From: Cyanobacteria bacterium P01_D01_bin.156
Lineage (GTDB): Bacteria; Cyanobacteriota; Cyanobacteriia; Phormidesmidales; Phormidesmidaceae
Assembly: GCA_039024555.1 (NCBI GenBank)
Contig: JBCCQQ010000001.1
Location: 192,001 to 256,000 of the forward strand
DNA length: 64,000 bases
Direction: 5' to 3'
Shown here: piece by piece, positions 1-10,676 of the stretch
How positions within the stretch are numbered: position 1 is the first letter of the stretch
Layout: each line of letters opens with the position of its first letter
Notes under the pieces: model-generated
What the model was told of the DNA's origin: nothing
Database searches by the model: none
What the model saw: the letters and a program-made list of their open reading frames with translations, nothing else
Position numbers and translations under genes: made by a program

Positions 1-326
1 AAATAGGTTTCGTAGTAATGACTAGCAGTCGTTTGTCCTACGGGGCGTCCTTTAATAATCACTTGAGCTTTGCCACTGTTACCTTGAGGTTTCAGCAAAA
101 CCGGATTCATTTCAGCCTGGGGAGAAACACCTGCAGCCCACGCTTGTACAGCTTGCGCATAACCAATTTCAGCACCGTTAGCAGTCACATATGCATTGAG
201 GGCTGTATTCTGACCCTTGAACGGAGCTACTCGCCACCCCCGGCGACTGAGTATACGGCAAAGTGCTGTGACAAGTAGAGATTTCCCTGCGTGGGAGGTG
301 GTCCCCACTACCATAATGGCCTTCAT
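1..326 (-). CDS. cobQ: Cobyric acid synthase, 5' part (runs off window start; not in the ORF track)
   Basis: Manual translation from ATG at 326: [48 protein letters not shown]...[14 protein letters not shown]...[16 protein letters not shown]-like site upstream. Confidence 0.95.
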   Translation of the reverse strand, partial: MKAIMVVGTTSHAGKSLLVTALCRILSRRGWRVAPFKGQNTALNAYVTANGAEIGYAQAVQAWAAGVSPQAEMNPVLLKPQGNSGKAQVIIKGRPVGQTTASHYYETY

Positions 327-648
327 CTATAGTGTCTCCCGGTCTAACTGGAGTGTTAGTAATTGCAATAGTGATTTTGGAATATCGAGGTGGAATAACG
401 GCTTTTAGGATCAGTATGGGCAATATTCGTGGCTTACTTTAGCTGTAGTTAGGAGATTGTGTCATGGCATCACCTTACCCAACCTCCAGGCTTTATCCAT
501 CGTTGGTTGTAAACAGTTTTACTGGTGAAGTTACAACATTAGCGATGGATAATGTTGTACATGATGCTGTCAGACAGGCTTGCCAAAGGACATTACATGT
601 CAAGACAATGCCCTGTCAGGATTGGGGAACTTCCCCAGTTAATCCTCG

Positions 649-1050
649 CTATCTTAGCCAAACAGGTAGTCTGAACCATCGGTTTCTGGTATTGGATAAA
701 TAATCCACAAGGCTGCCTGTGGAATCCGGACGACCTGCAGCTTCCCAATGGTCTACGAGTTGCCGACCAATTGGGGTCAGGCGAAATTTATCAGTCAGCC
801 CTTGCCCATCCACTTCTCTACGGACAATGCCAAGCTCCATAAGCCAGCCCAGGTGGGTGTCAGCAGCAACCTCAGAGAGGGGCTGACGAGTGTACCCATT
901 GAGCATGCCCCGATCTTCGCTGATGGCACGCAGGGAAACACTGCTTGCTTGCATAGTAGACAGTAATTTCATATGGAAGGGACTACAGCTTACAGCGCAT
1001 TTAGCACGAGCTAAGGCTTTAGGCTGAGGTGTAAGAGTGGAGGAGGTCAT
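649..1050 (-). CDS. Conserved cyanobacterial winged-helix-like protein (Npun_F0494 family)
   Basis: CSPF...L.WL..LGIVRREVDGQGLTDKFRLTPIGRQL motif. Confidence 0.8.
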   Translation of the reverse strand: MTSSTLTPQPKALARAKCAVSCSPFHMKLLSTMQASSVSLRAISEDRGMLNGYTRQPLSEVAADTHLGWLMELGIVRREVDGQGLTDKFRLTPIGRQLVDHWEAAGRPDSTGSLVDYLSNTRNRWFRLPVWLR

Positions 1051-1058
1051 ACCTGAAA

Positions 1059-3788
1059 CTACTCTTCTTCAGAAGTATTGCTGTTATCCTTTTCATTATC
1101 TCCCGGTGCCAAAGAATTCGCCTCATCCACAGTGATATTGGCTGCTTCATTAACCGGAAAACGATTGATTAGATAGGCCGCTTGACGAGCCGTTGATTTG
1201 ACAGTGCTAGATACAAAGGGGATGTGATGAATCTGGGACAAAATATCTAGAGTGCGCCGTAAAATGCGGACCACATCCCCTTCATCAAGGCTGGTATTTT
1301 GGCACAGGTCATTCCAATCGGTTTCTAAGGCCCAAGCTTCTACGAGAGCAATGAGGTTCCATTCCAAAGGCACAGGCAAGGTAACTTGGTAACGACGCTG
1401 TTGCTGAAACAGCTGTCGCCGTATAGAACGTAAACCTTCTAGGGCTTCAATCACACCATTGGATGTACGATAGTGGGTCCACGTATCAGGACGGGTAATT
1501 TCGGTAACGATGGCAGCGCAAGCAGCAGCAAATTGATGAGGTTCTAAGTGGTCAAATTCTCCAGACCCTAGGGATAGGGCCAGCCATAGCTCATTTTCAC
1601 CACGAAGAGCCGCAGCCATCTTACCAAAGTTAGTAGGTTGGCTATTATCTAAACCACCAAAGGTTTCTAGGATAGCCATTAAATTTGAAAATTCTTCCCA
1701 GTAACGACTGGCGTATTTTTGGTATTGTGCTTTGAGATCTCTGAGTTCGGATTCTAGCGCTTGTAGCTGCTGTTGTTTTTTGACTAACGTTTTGGGTTTA
1801 CCGAATTCATTTAAGGGGTGGGCCTCTAGCTTATCTGCAACGGATTGCATGCGATCGCGCTGGTCTTTAACCTCAGGGGCCAGTTGATCTAGAGTCGGCA
1901 ATGACGTAGGAATCCATTGAGCCACGGCAATAGACACATCATCACCAGCCCATTTACTCCCCGCCTTGAGAGGTAACTCAGCAGGAGGTGTCAGAGTATC
2001 TACGGCAGAAATTCGCTCATACTTTTCGTACAGACCAAACACATCAGTGGCAGTGGCCATAATCCAATGGTTATCAGCCGTGAGACAGGTTAGATAAGTA
2101 ACCTTGCCAGGGCCGAGAATTTTTGTCACTAAAACAGCAGGTAGAGGATTATGAACCTTAATATGCTTACCTTTGAGGGAAAGCACCGTACCTGCCACCG
2201 TAAAATTCACCGCCGTTAGAAGATTTCCCGTCAGCTTTTCAATGGCTTGCTTATCTAAAATCTTTAGCAGCCGACGTTCTTCCCGAAGACGCTCCTTCAG
2301 CTTGGCATAGTCGGCAACCATGGCATCATCCACCACAGCCAGCTGCTCACGGATAAGCTCAATACTATGCTCTACCTCAGAGATAGCACGCTGCTGTGGA
2401 ACTAGATGTAGGGTAGATAGGTATTGACCAAAACTACGCTCCACCAAATCGCGGGTTTCTGGGAGGGAGTGCGTTTGGAGCAAGTTCAGGACCATGCCAT
2501 AGCTAGGGGTGAATTGACTAACTAACGGATCTGGTTTGGCCAGGGCCAGATAGCCTGCTTCCTGAGCTCCCTCAAACGGAGTTTCCACGGTCACAACATG
2601 ACCTTCAGAATCCATACCCCGCCGCCCAGCCCGACCGGCCATCTGCAAAAATTCTGATGCCCGCAGCAGGCGATGGCCACTGTCAGTACGCTTAGAAAGG
2701 TTAGAAATAACCGTTGTACGAGCAGGCATGTTAATTCCTGCGGCTAGGGTTTCTGTCGCAAAAACCACTTTAATCAAGCCTGCCTGAAAGAGCTCTTCAA
2801 CCAGGCTTTTCCAAGCAGGTAATAATCCAGCATGGTGAGCGGCAATCCCACGATAAAGCGGATCTACCTGACCGGCTCGGGCAGCTTCTGGATTAGCCGC
2901 TAAAAACTCATCAATCCGCTGCTTAAGTGCTCTTGCTTCAGATGAAGATACTAAAGATAAATTGCTGATGTTTTGAACCGCTTTGTCACAGCCCTTGCGA
3001 CTAAAAATAAAAAAGATAGCTGGCAACATATCTCGTTGCTGCAGCTGAGCAACAATCAAAGCCATCGTGGCAGTCACAGGCTTTTTCTTTTGACCTTTTT
3101 GGCGACGCGGCGGTCGGCGATGTCTTTTGAGATGACTATGGAGAGCCGTCTTTTTCTCGTTTAAAAGCGGAAAGATGCCTTTGCTAGTAGCAAAATGCAT
3201 CGTTAATGGCACTGGGCGAAAGTTAGAATAAATGAGCTGACTAGGGCCATGGATTTTGGCAATCCAATCAGTCAGCTGATCGCCATTGGCAACAGTCGCT
3301 GATAGCCCCACCAGCTGAATTTCGTGGGGACAATAAATAATAGATTCTTCCCAGACAGTTCCTCGCTGCCGATCGTTCATATAATGACACTCGTCTAGAA
3401 CAACGGTCTGCACATCCCGAACTGAATGCCCCACCTCCCCCATCGTGGTGCCGTAAAGCATGTTGCGAAAAATTTCTGTAGTCATGACCAGAATAGGAGC
3501 TTCACGATTCACGGAAGTATCCCCGGTCAGCAACCCCACGTTACTCTGGCCAAACAGCTTCTGAAAGTCTCGTAGTTTTTGGTTGGATAAGGCTTTAAGC
3601 GGGGTTGTATAAAATACTCGTTTCTTTTCGTGGAGGGCTTTATGGATTGCATATTCGCCCACTAGGGTTTTCCCTGACCCTGTGGGGGCACAGACAATCA
3701 CAGACTGCCCTTGATTGAGGGCGTCAATCGCTTCCACTTGAAATGGATCCAGAGTAAATGGAAATAAATTTTCAGGTGTTAACACCAA
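1059..3788 (-). CDS. Ski2/HelY-like DEAD/DEAH-box RNA helicase with C-terminal DSHCT domain
   Basis: APTGSGKT, DECH, SAT, TETLAAGINMPA, QMAGRAGRRG and DEGDVVR motifs. Confidence 0.93.
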   Translation of the reverse strand: MVLTPENLFPFTLDPFQVEAIDALNQGQSVIVCAPTGSGKTLVGEYAIHKALHEKKRVFYTTPLKALSNQKLRDFQKLFGQSNVGLLTGDTSVNREAPILVMTTEIFRNMLYGTTMGEVGHSVRDVQTVVLDECHYMNDRQRGTVWEESIIYCPHEIQLVGLSATVANGDQLTDWIAKIHGPSQLIYSNFRPVPLTMHFATSKGIFPLLNEKKTALHSHLKRHRRPPRRQKGQKKKPVTATMALIVAQLQQRDMLPAIFFIFSRKGCDKAVQNISNLSLVSSSEARALKQRIDEFLAANPEAARAGQVDPLYRGIAAHHAGLLPAWKSLVEELFQAGLIKVVFATETLAAGINMPARTTVISNLSKRTDSGHRLLRASEFLQMAGRAGRRGMDSEGHVVTVETPFEGAQEAGYLALAKPDPLVSQFTPSYGMVLNLLQTHSLPETRDLVERSFGQYLSTLHLVPQQRAISEVEHSIELIREQLAVVDDAMVADYAKLKERLREERRLLKILDKQAIEKLTGNLLTAVNFTVAGTVLSLKGKHIKVHNPLPAVLVTKILGPGKVTYLTCLTADNHWIMATATDVFGLYEKYERISAVDTLTPPAELPLKAGSKWAGDDVSIAVAQWIPTSLPTLDQLAPEVKDQRDRMQSVADKLEAHPLNEFGKPKTLVKKQQQLQALESELRDLKAQYQKYASRYWEEFSNLMAILETFGGLDNSQPTNFGKMAAALRGENELWLALSLGSGEFDHLEPHQFAAACAAIVTEITRPDTWTHYRTSNGVIEALEGLRSIRRQLFQQQRRYQVTLPVPLEWNLIALVEAWALETDWNDLCQNTSLDEGDVVRILRRTLDILSQIHHIPFVSSTVKSTARQAAYLINRFPVNEAANITVDEANSLAPGDNEKDNSNTSEEE

Positions 3789-3914
3789 AATCCTTAAGAC
3801 CTTTGCTTGGGTTGGCCCTATTGTGCCAGAGGAGTGGAAAAGTTGGTGGAATTGACAGGACTAATGATGAACTCAAGATGAGGAGGCTTAAAGACTCCTT
3901 GAAAGCACTCAGTG

Positions 3915-3944
3915 TTTTACCTTCTCTTAACCTTTGTTTTTATT
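3915..3944 (+). promoter_or_regulatory. Putative Pho box (SphR/PhoB site)
   Basis: TTTTACCT-N3-CTTAACCT-N3-TTTTTATT, 11-bp period, matching the cyanobacterial PyTTAAPyPy(T/A) repeats; lies upstream of a phosphatase-like gene. Confidence 0.6.
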
Positions 3945-4086
3945 AGGTATTTTACTTTCAGAATGAATCTTTGCTGCGGCTTGGCCTGCGCCACGTTTAG
4001 CCTAAGGAAGCGGTAGCGAGATGTCCTGGGGGTCCGTCCATACAACGTGTTCAACATCCAAGTTTATCTAGATAACGAAATCATCC

Positions 4087-5664
4087 ATGACACTTAAGTA
4101 TATGTTGGGGGCAGTCATCCCAGCGGTTGTGCTTACGAGTGCGATCTCTACTCCTGCGTCTGCGTTCACCCTAAGCCGCGTTGGCAGCGCTGAAGTTGAG
4201 AGTGGTGCAGAGATTTCTGCGTTTGATGCGGATACTGCCAATTTGTTCGTCACCACTGGCGACACCATTGAGATTTTTAATCTAAGTACTCCAAGTGCGC
4301 CTAACTTTTTTGGCTCCATTGACCTGACTAACCCTGCCAATATTGGTGGTTTTGTCGGCGGTGGTGTGAATAGCGTTGCATTTGGCAATGGTATTTTGGC
4401 TGCTGCAATTGAAGCCGAAACTGCACAGGACAATGGCATCGTTGCATTTTTTGATGCCTTTGGTAGTTTTCAAACTTCCTTTGAAGTCGGCGCTCTACCC
4501 GATATGGTTACCTTTACCCCCGATGGCAGCAAGGTGCTTGTGGCCAACGAAGGTGAGCCCAGCGATGAGTATGATGTGGATCCTGAAGGTTCCGTCAGCA
4601 TTATTGATATTGCTAACAGCACCGTAAACAGCATCGGCTTCGGTGGCGTTGCCATTGACCCTGAGGTGCGCATTTTTGGTCCTGGAGCAACGCCTGAGCA
4701 AGATTTAGAGCCTGAATTCATCGCAGTGTCTGAAGATGGCTCCACCGCTTACGTTGCCATTCAAGAAAACAATGCCCTAGGGATTCTAGACCTGGAAACT
4801 GAGTCCTTCACCGCAGTGAAGAGTCTTGGCTTTAAGGATCACAGCCTTGAAGGTAATGGTTTTGATGCTAGCAACCGGGATGACGGCATCAATATCCAAA
4901 CTCATCCAGTATTGGGTATGTATCAGCCAGATGCGATCGCAACATACACCGTCGATGGTGAAACCTATGTAGTCACCGCCAATGAGGGCGACGCCCGTGA
5001 CTATGACGGCTTTTCCGAAGAAGAGCGAGTGGCCGATCTTGTTTTAGATCCCACCGCTTATCCCAACGCGGCTGAACTACAGCTAGATGAGAATCTAGGC
5101 CGTCTAAAAACCACTAACACCCTGGGTGACACTGACGGCGACGGCGATGTAGACCAGATCTATAGCTACGGTGCCCGTTCATTCTCCATTTGGGACGCTG
5201 AAGGCAACCTAGTCTTTGACAGTGGTGATGAATTTGAGCAGTTTATTGCCGCTAACTTCCCCGAGCTGTTCAACATCAACGACGGTGACCCCGAAGAATT
5301 TGATGAGCGCAGCGATGACAAAGGTCCTGAGCCCGAAGGTGTCACCGTTGGCATCGTTGATGGTAAGCCCGTTGCCTTTATTGGTCTAGAGCGTACCGGT
5401 GGCGTCATGGTATACGACATCTCCAATCCTGCTGCGCCGAGCTTTATCAGCTACGAGCCCAGCTTCAAAGGCGATGTTAGCCCCGAAGGCTTACTATTCA
5501 TCGACGGAGAAGATAGTCCCACTGGACAATCCCTATTAGTCGTTACTAACGAAGAAAGCAACACCTTCTCTGTTTACCAACCTGTACCTGAGCCCGGCAC
5601 AATGCTCGGCCTCTTGGGTGGCGCTGCCGCATTATTTGGTATCAAACGTAAGCGGAGCGAATAG
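4087..5664 (+). CDS. Secreted choice-of-anchor I (alkaline-phosphatase-associated beta-propeller) protein with PEP-CTERM sorting signal
   Basis: Signal peptide; ALPDMVTF, ANEGEP, LEPE, MYQPDAI, ANEGDARD, GARSFSIW, RSDDKGPEPEG, IGLERTGG; C-terminal VPEP + hydrophobic helix + KRKR. Confidence 0.88.
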   Translation: MTLKYMLGAVIPAVVLTSAISTPASAFTLSRVGSAEVESGAEISAFDADTANLFVTTGDTIEIFNLSTPSAPNFFGSIDLTNPANIGGFVGGGVNSVAFGNGILAAAIEAETAQDNGIVAFFDAFGSFQTSFEVGALPDMVTFTPDGSKVLVANEGEPSDEYDVDPEGSVSIIDIANSTVNSIGFGGVAIDPEVRIFGPGATPEQDLEPEFIAVSEDGSTAYVAIQENNALGILDLETESFTAVKSLGFKDHSLEGNGFDASNRDDGINIQTHPVLGMYQPDAIATYTVDGETYVVTANEGDARDYDGFSEEERVADLVLDPTAYPNAAELQLDENLGRLKTTNTLGDTDGDGDVDQIYSYGARSFSIWDAEGNLVFDSGDEFEQFIAANFPELFNINDGDPEEFDERSDDKGPEPEGVTVGIVDGKPVAFIGLERTGGVMVYDISNPAAPSFISYEPSFKGDVSPEGLLFIDGEDSPTGQSLLVVTNEESNTFSVYQPVPEPGTMLGLLGGAAALFGIKRKRSE

Positions 5665-5716
5665 TTCCACCTTTCCAATACAACGACTGAAGATAAATCA
5701 CTACGACCTACACTTT

Positions 5717-5750
5717 TCCCCTGAATTGATGTCTCAATCCAGGGGATTTT
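5717..5750 (+). terminator. Intrinsic terminator
   Basis: TCCCCTGAATTGA / TCAATCCAGGGGA stem (1 mismatch) followed by TTTT, about 50 nt after the stop. Confidence 0.75.
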
Positions 5751-5923
5751 CTTAGACAGCGCTTATTAGTCCCCAAACATCAACACACTTGTATTCAGTC
5801 AACATTATTTTCAAGGGAGCACCAAGCTGTACTATGGACTCAACTTTCTCGCTGTCGGTGGTGAACCTAAGATCGTTTGTTGAACGCGTTGGGACAAGGC
5901 CCTAACACCGCTGCTATTTACCC

Positions 5924-7141
5924 ATGCCCCATAAACTCTTATTCATTAGCAACGGCCACGGCGAAGATAATCACTCTTCCCACATTATTCGGAGCTTGCG
6001 CGAACTCGCCCCCAACATCGACATTGCTGCCGCCCCAATTGTGGGTGAAGGGCATGCCTATCGCAATATCAATGTTCCAATTATTGCTCCCACCCTCACC
6101 CTGCCATCGGGCGGGTTTACCTACACCAATCGTCTACGGCTGATTAATGATATTCGCGCTGGTCTACTCACGTCTACCTGGCGACAACTTCAGGCGGTGC
6201 GCCGCTACGCCCCCCAGTGTGATCTCGTATTTGCCACCGGAGATGTGGTGGGCCAGTGTTTTGCTTACCTGAGTGGTAAACCATTTATTTCTTTTACCTC
6301 ACCGCTATCGGCGATGTACGAAGGCACTCTCAAACTAGATTTAGTGCTGAAAGCCGTACTCAAGTCACCCCGATGTTTAACACTTTTTTCTCGCGATGCT
6401 CACACAGCTCAAGATTACCAAAAACAAGGATTTACCAAAGCCCAATTTGGTGGAATTCCATCCTTAGATCGGCTTAATCCCAAAGGCAAAGATCTAGGTC
6501 TTGACTCAAGTCGCCCAATGATGGCTTTGTTACCAGGATCTCGAATTCCCGAAGCCATGAGAAATCTCAAGCTACTCCTGGGACTAGTGGTTGAAATTGC
6601 GCACAGGAATCCTCAAGTACAGTTTCGAGCAGCTCTTGTCCCAGATGTCATGTCTGATCTAGAGGCCATAGCTGCTTCCGCTGGTTGGCAGTGCAATGGG
6701 CACAAACTGACGTATCTATCTCCTAAAGGCAGTTCTATGACCACCGTGCTGTGTTTTAGTGATGCCTTTAGCGACATTGTTTGCAACACCACTCTGGTGT
6801 TGGGCATGGCTGGCTTAGCCGTAGATCAAGCTATGGCTATCGGTAAACCCATCTTGCAAATCCCTGGAGCAGGCCCCCAGTTTACCTACGCCTTCGCAGA
6901 AGCGCAGGATCGACTGTTGGGTCTTTCGGTAAAAACCATCGGGACTGAACCCGCAACACCAGAAACCTTACAAGAAGCTGCCCAATATGCTGTAAAAGTC
7001 ATTCAAGATGACGATTATCTAAAAGCCTGTATTGAAAATGGACAAGAACGCTTTGGCCCCTTTGGAGCATCCTATCGTATTGCTAAAGTGATTCTCTCAA
7101 CGTTAGAAGAACAACAAAAGGATAAAGCAATCGCTGAGTAG
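5924..7141 (+). CDS. Lipid-A-disaccharide synthase (LpxB)-related glycosyltransferase
   Basis: LFISNGHGED, LPSGGF, LLPGSR..EA, GMAG, GKP..QIPGAGPQFTYAFAEAQ.RLLG motifs. Confidence 0.85.
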   Translation: MPHKLLFISNGHGEDNHSSHIIRSLRELAPNIDIAAAPIVGEGHAYRNINVPIIAPTLTLPSGGFTYTNRLRLINDIRAGLLTSTWRQLQAVRRYAPQCDLVFATGDVVGQCFAYLSGKPFISFTSPLSAMYEGTLKLDLVLKAVLKSPRCLTLFSRDAHTAQDYQKQGFTKAQFGGIPSLDRLNPKGKDLGLDSSRPMMALLPGSRIPEAMRNLKLLLGLVVEIAHRNPQVQFRAALVPDVMSDLEAIAASAGWQCNGHKLTYLSPKGSSMTTVLCFSDAFSDIVCNTTLVLGMAGLAVDQAMAIGKPILQIPGAGPQFTYAFAEAQDRLLGLSVKTIGTEPATPETLQEAAQYAVKVIQDDDYLKACIENGQERFGPFGASYRIAKVILSTLEEQQKDKAIAE

Positions 7142-7200
7142 TAAAACAATTCAGCGATTGCTTCACAATGATTTTCCTCGATTTTTGAGTTTAAGGATTT

Positions 7201-8934
7201 ATGGTTTCAAAACAACGATCAGTCTATTGGCAGCTGTTGCCCTTTTTACATCCCCAATGGCCGCTGTTTACCTGGTCGTTTGTATTTATTGTAGGCTACG
7301 TGCTCTCTACCATCACATTGCCATATCTGGCTGGGCAGGTCACATACTTTATTAGCCAAGGCGAAGTCCCTAATATTGCCAGGTGGCTGGGATTTACAAC
7401 CCTAGCATTCCTAGTTCAAAACCTTTTTCAATATGGAGAGAAGGTTTTCTCCATACGTGCATCTTTAGCTACAGTATTAGAGCTGCGAAAGAAAGTATAC
7501 GCACACCTGCATCAGCTCAATATCGATTACTTTGCCTCCGCTAAAACGGGTGATCTTTCCTACCGCCTCACGGAGGATATTGATCGTATTGGCGAAGTAA
7601 TTTACAAAATGTCGCAACAGTTTATCTCTTGCGTATTTCAGCTGATTGCCATTCCCATATATATGTTTTATCTCAATTGGCCCCTCACACTAGCGGGCTT
7701 TTTGATTGCACCGTTAATGGCTTGGTTAATTGGCACCTTTGGTAATCGTATGTTGTCGTTATCACGTCGTAGCCAAAACGAGATTTCGAACCTATCTGCT
7801 TTACTCACAGAGGTCTTAGGAAATATCCGTGTAGTCAAGGCATTCGCAGCCGACAAGTATGAAGTAGAACGCTTTAGTGCCGTTGCGGATGAAAATCGTA
7901 TCGCAAAATATCGAACTGAGCATCTCACGGCAATTCAATACCCAGTCGTCGGATTTCTAGAGGCTGTCGGAATTATGTTTCTCTTTCTGCTAGGAGGCTG
8001 GCAGATTGCACTAGGAAAATTAGCACCTCAAGAGTTTGTCAGCTTTTTGGTAGCTGTAGCTCTGCTGATCGATCCAATTAACCTAGTTACCCAACATTAC
8101 AACACCTTTAAACAAGCTGAAGCTTCTGCCGAACGAGTCTTCGAAATTTTTGCAGAGCAGCCCACACTCAGAGAAAAACCAGATGCCCACGTATTACCTT
8201 CCATTACAGGCAAAGTCGAATATCATCGCGTAAGCTTTGCATATCCATCCAGCCAAACTGTCTTTAAAGATCTCTCATTGCTGGTACATCCTGGAGATGT
8301 TGTTGCTCTAGTGGGGCCATCAGGAGCAGGAAAAACCACCTTAGTAAATCTATTAGCAAGGTTCTACGATCCACAGACGGGTGAGGTTTTGGTAGATGGT
8401 GTAAATATACGAGATGTAACTCTGCAAAGTTTACGACAACAGATTGGTATCGTACCTCAGGAGACTACCTTATTTTCAGGTACCATTGCTCAGAATATTG
8501 CCTATGGTCAAACGAAGCTGGATCAACAAGCGATTGAGGCAGCAGCAAAGATTTCAAATGCCCATAACTTTATTCAACAATTTTCTCAGGGTTATCACAC
8601 TTGGGTAGGGGAACGAGGTGTAAATCTGTCAGGTGGTCAACGACAACGTATTGCGATCGCTCGGGCAATACTTTTAAACCCTAGGATTTTAATCCTAGAT
8701 GAAGCCACATCAGCCCTGGATTCTGAATCAGAAGCACTCGTACAAGAGGCACTGGAACGAGCAATGGAAAACCGAACAGTGTTTATCATTGCGCATCGGC
8801 TCAGTACCGTGAGAAAAGCGGATCGCATTTTGTTTGTTGAAAACGGTCAGATTGCAGAAGCTGGGACGCACTTAGAACTACTAGAACAGCAGGGACGTTA
8901 CGAGCAGTTTTACACACAACAGTTTAAGGAATAG
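7201..8934 (+). CDS. MsbA-like ABC exporter (fused TM and ATPase domains)
   Basis: N-terminal TM region; GPSGAGKT, LSGGQRQR, ILILDEATSALD, IAHRLST. Confidence 0.93.
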   Translation: MVSKQRSVYWQLLPFLHPQWPLFTWSFVFIVGYVLSTITLPYLAGQVTYFISQGEVPNIARWLGFTTLAFLVQNLFQYGEKVFSIRASLATVLELRKKVYAHLHQLNIDYFASAKTGDLSYRLTEDIDRIGEVIYKMSQQFISCVFQLIAIPIYMFYLNWPLTLAGFLIAPLMAWLIGTFGNRMLSLSRRSQNEISNLSALLTEVLGNIRVVKAFAADKYEVERFSAVADENRIAKYRTEHLTAIQYPVVGFLEAVGIMFLFLLGGWQIALGKLAPQEFVSFLVAVALLIDPINLVTQHYNTFKQAEASAERVFEIFAEQPTLREKPDAHVLPSITGKVEYHRVSFAYPSSQTVFKDLSLLVHPGDVVALVGPSGAGKTTLVNLLARFYDPQTGEVLVDGVNIRDVTLQSLRQQIGIVPQETTLFSGTIAQNIAYGQTKLDQQAIEAAAKISNAHNFIQQFSQGYHTWVGERGVNLSGGQRQRIAIARAILLNPRILILDEATSALDSESEALVQEALERAMENRTVFIIAHRLSTVRKADRILFVENGQIAEAGTHLELLEQQGRYEQFYTQQFKE

Positions 8935-8946
8935 AACGCTCTCGCC

Positions 8947-10137
8947 TTAATGGTTTCCACTCAAAGATGCGAGCTGATATCGAGTTGTTTCTAGGACCTG
9001 AGCAGGGTCAATCGGCTTCACCATAAAGTCCGTTGCACCCACTGATTTAGCGCGCATTCTATCCATCAGACTATCATTATTACCAATTAGCATAATAATC
9101 GGAGTTTGTTTAAACGCTTTTACTCTCCGGACCTGTTTGCAAATTTCATAACCATTGGCCACAGGCATCGTGACATCTAAAAAAATCAGGTCTGGAGTAT
9201 GGCGAATAATTGCAGCTAATGCTTGAACCGAATCCTGGATGCTGGTACATCTATAGCCAGCCGAACACAACACTTCTTCCATCAAATAGCCAATCTGAGG
9301 ACTATCATCGATACAGAAAATCAACGGTAGTTTTTGAGCGACTTGGATCAGCATCTTCTGCTCCATCGCTCCATAAGGCTGAGATAGATCGTTAATAGAA
9401 GTCAGACCGACAATATCTCGTTCTACATAGGCGGCTACCATAGCCCCCAGTTCACACAGATCGCGCCCAGTAATCCGGCTGAGTTCTCGCAGTGAACGAT
9501 TCCCAGAGAGTAACCGCTGGAGAATCTGACCTGTGCGGGGTTGGGTTTGCTTTTCTAAACGGCTAACATCAATAATAGCCGGAGCTAAATTAGGAGAGAA
9601 ACAAGATAACTTTGTTTTCTGCCACTCTTCTAATGCAGTTTTAACATTATAAAACAACGTCGTGTGATTAAATATCACAATGGATTGATTCAAACGAGCC
9701 TGACGGTTAATGCTGTAGCTAATGTGCGTAATACTTTCTACAGCATGACAAATGTCAAACAACACTTCTGAAAGTGTAGCCTCTACTATGGACAATGCAT
9801 CACTATGCTTTAGCTGTTGTCGTTTCAACAAAACAGTTAAAGCAACATATTCCCAATTCTCAAACACCTCTTCTTCTCGCAACTTTACTTCCCTAGGATT
9901 GACGCTAGGACAGTAGGTTTGCAATAAACGCTGCCAACGTCTAAATCGATGCTGCCCTCCTCCAGCCCAAAGCAACTGACTCCCTTGAAACTCCAGCCAC
10001 CAATTTTCTCCAGTAGATGTTTTTAGGTGAATATAACCATTAATTTGGACTTGGAGAAGTTCTTTAACCGTTTTGAGTAGCTTTAGTGGCGAGCATATGG
10101 TGTCTAATTGTATTGTTTGAATGACAGACTCGGTCAT
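8947..10137 (-). CDS. PatA-family response regulator (PATAN + receiver)
   Basis: H.FRRWQRLL..YCP PATAN-type N-terminus; C-terminal receiver IDDS...IFLDVTMP..GYEIC...KP. Confidence 0.85.
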   Translation of the reverse strand: MTESVIQTIQLDTICSPLKLLKTVKELLQVQINGYIHLKTSTGENWWLEFQGSQLLWAGGGQHRFRRWQRLLQTYCPSVNPREVKLREEEVFENWEYVALTVLLKRQQLKHSDALSIVEATLSEVLFDICHAVESITHISYSINRQARLNQSIVIFNHTTLFYNVKTALEEWQKTKLSCFSPNLAPAIIDVSRLEKQTQPRTGQILQRLLSGNRSLRELSRITGRDLCELGAMVAAYVERDIVGLTSINDLSQPYGAMEQKMLIQVAQKLPLIFCIDDSPQIGYLMEEVLCSAGYRCTSIQDSVQALAAIIRHTPDLIFLDVTMPVANGYEICKQVRRVKAFKQTPIIMLIGNNDSLMDRMRAKSVGATDFMVKPIDPAQVLETTRYQLASLSGNH

Positions 10138-10676
10138 AACTTTAGAGCTCTAATGCTCTCCTAATCAAGGAAAGTAAGGCAATCAGCGCTAGGGAGCAAA
10201 TCGTGACCTGTTTAAATTACCCGCACGTTTGGAAGGGATAACGATGCTATCGCAGCAGCACACAGTAACCTATCAGTACAAAAATTAGCATTGTGAAGCG
10301 AGGCTGTCATACAAATAAGTGGTTTTTAACAATACCAAATATAGCGGTATCCCTCTAAATTGATAGTTGATTTTCTATCTCTAAAAACGAAAAAACACCC
10401 ATCTAAAATCAGCTATGTTTAGTCTTAAGTAATAACATAAAGACTCTAGTAAGTAGGTGATCACATGTGATTATTGGGAAAAGAAATTCTAAATTCAATG
10501 TCAAGTAAAAGGGGAATGAATTAGTATTAAAAGTGTAAATATTAGTGCCTAAGTAACTTAGCCTTACTTGTGATTCTGGCATTAACAGGCCTAGAGATAA
10601 AATGATTGGGATATCCTCTGCCCCGTTTGAAATAAAGCCCTAATTAAACCAGTCACTGCAGATTGAGTTGTAGGTT

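Noticed and set aside
18..423. ORF-track ORFs 18-278, 178-423 and 217-408
   Set aside because: They are shadows of the real cobQ frame, which starts at 326 on the minus strand
4068..5426. Antisense ORFs opposite well-supported genes (also at 22581, 26517, 28266, 40654, 53059, 60844 etc.)
   Set aside because: Typical codon-bias shadow ORFs with no recognisable motifs
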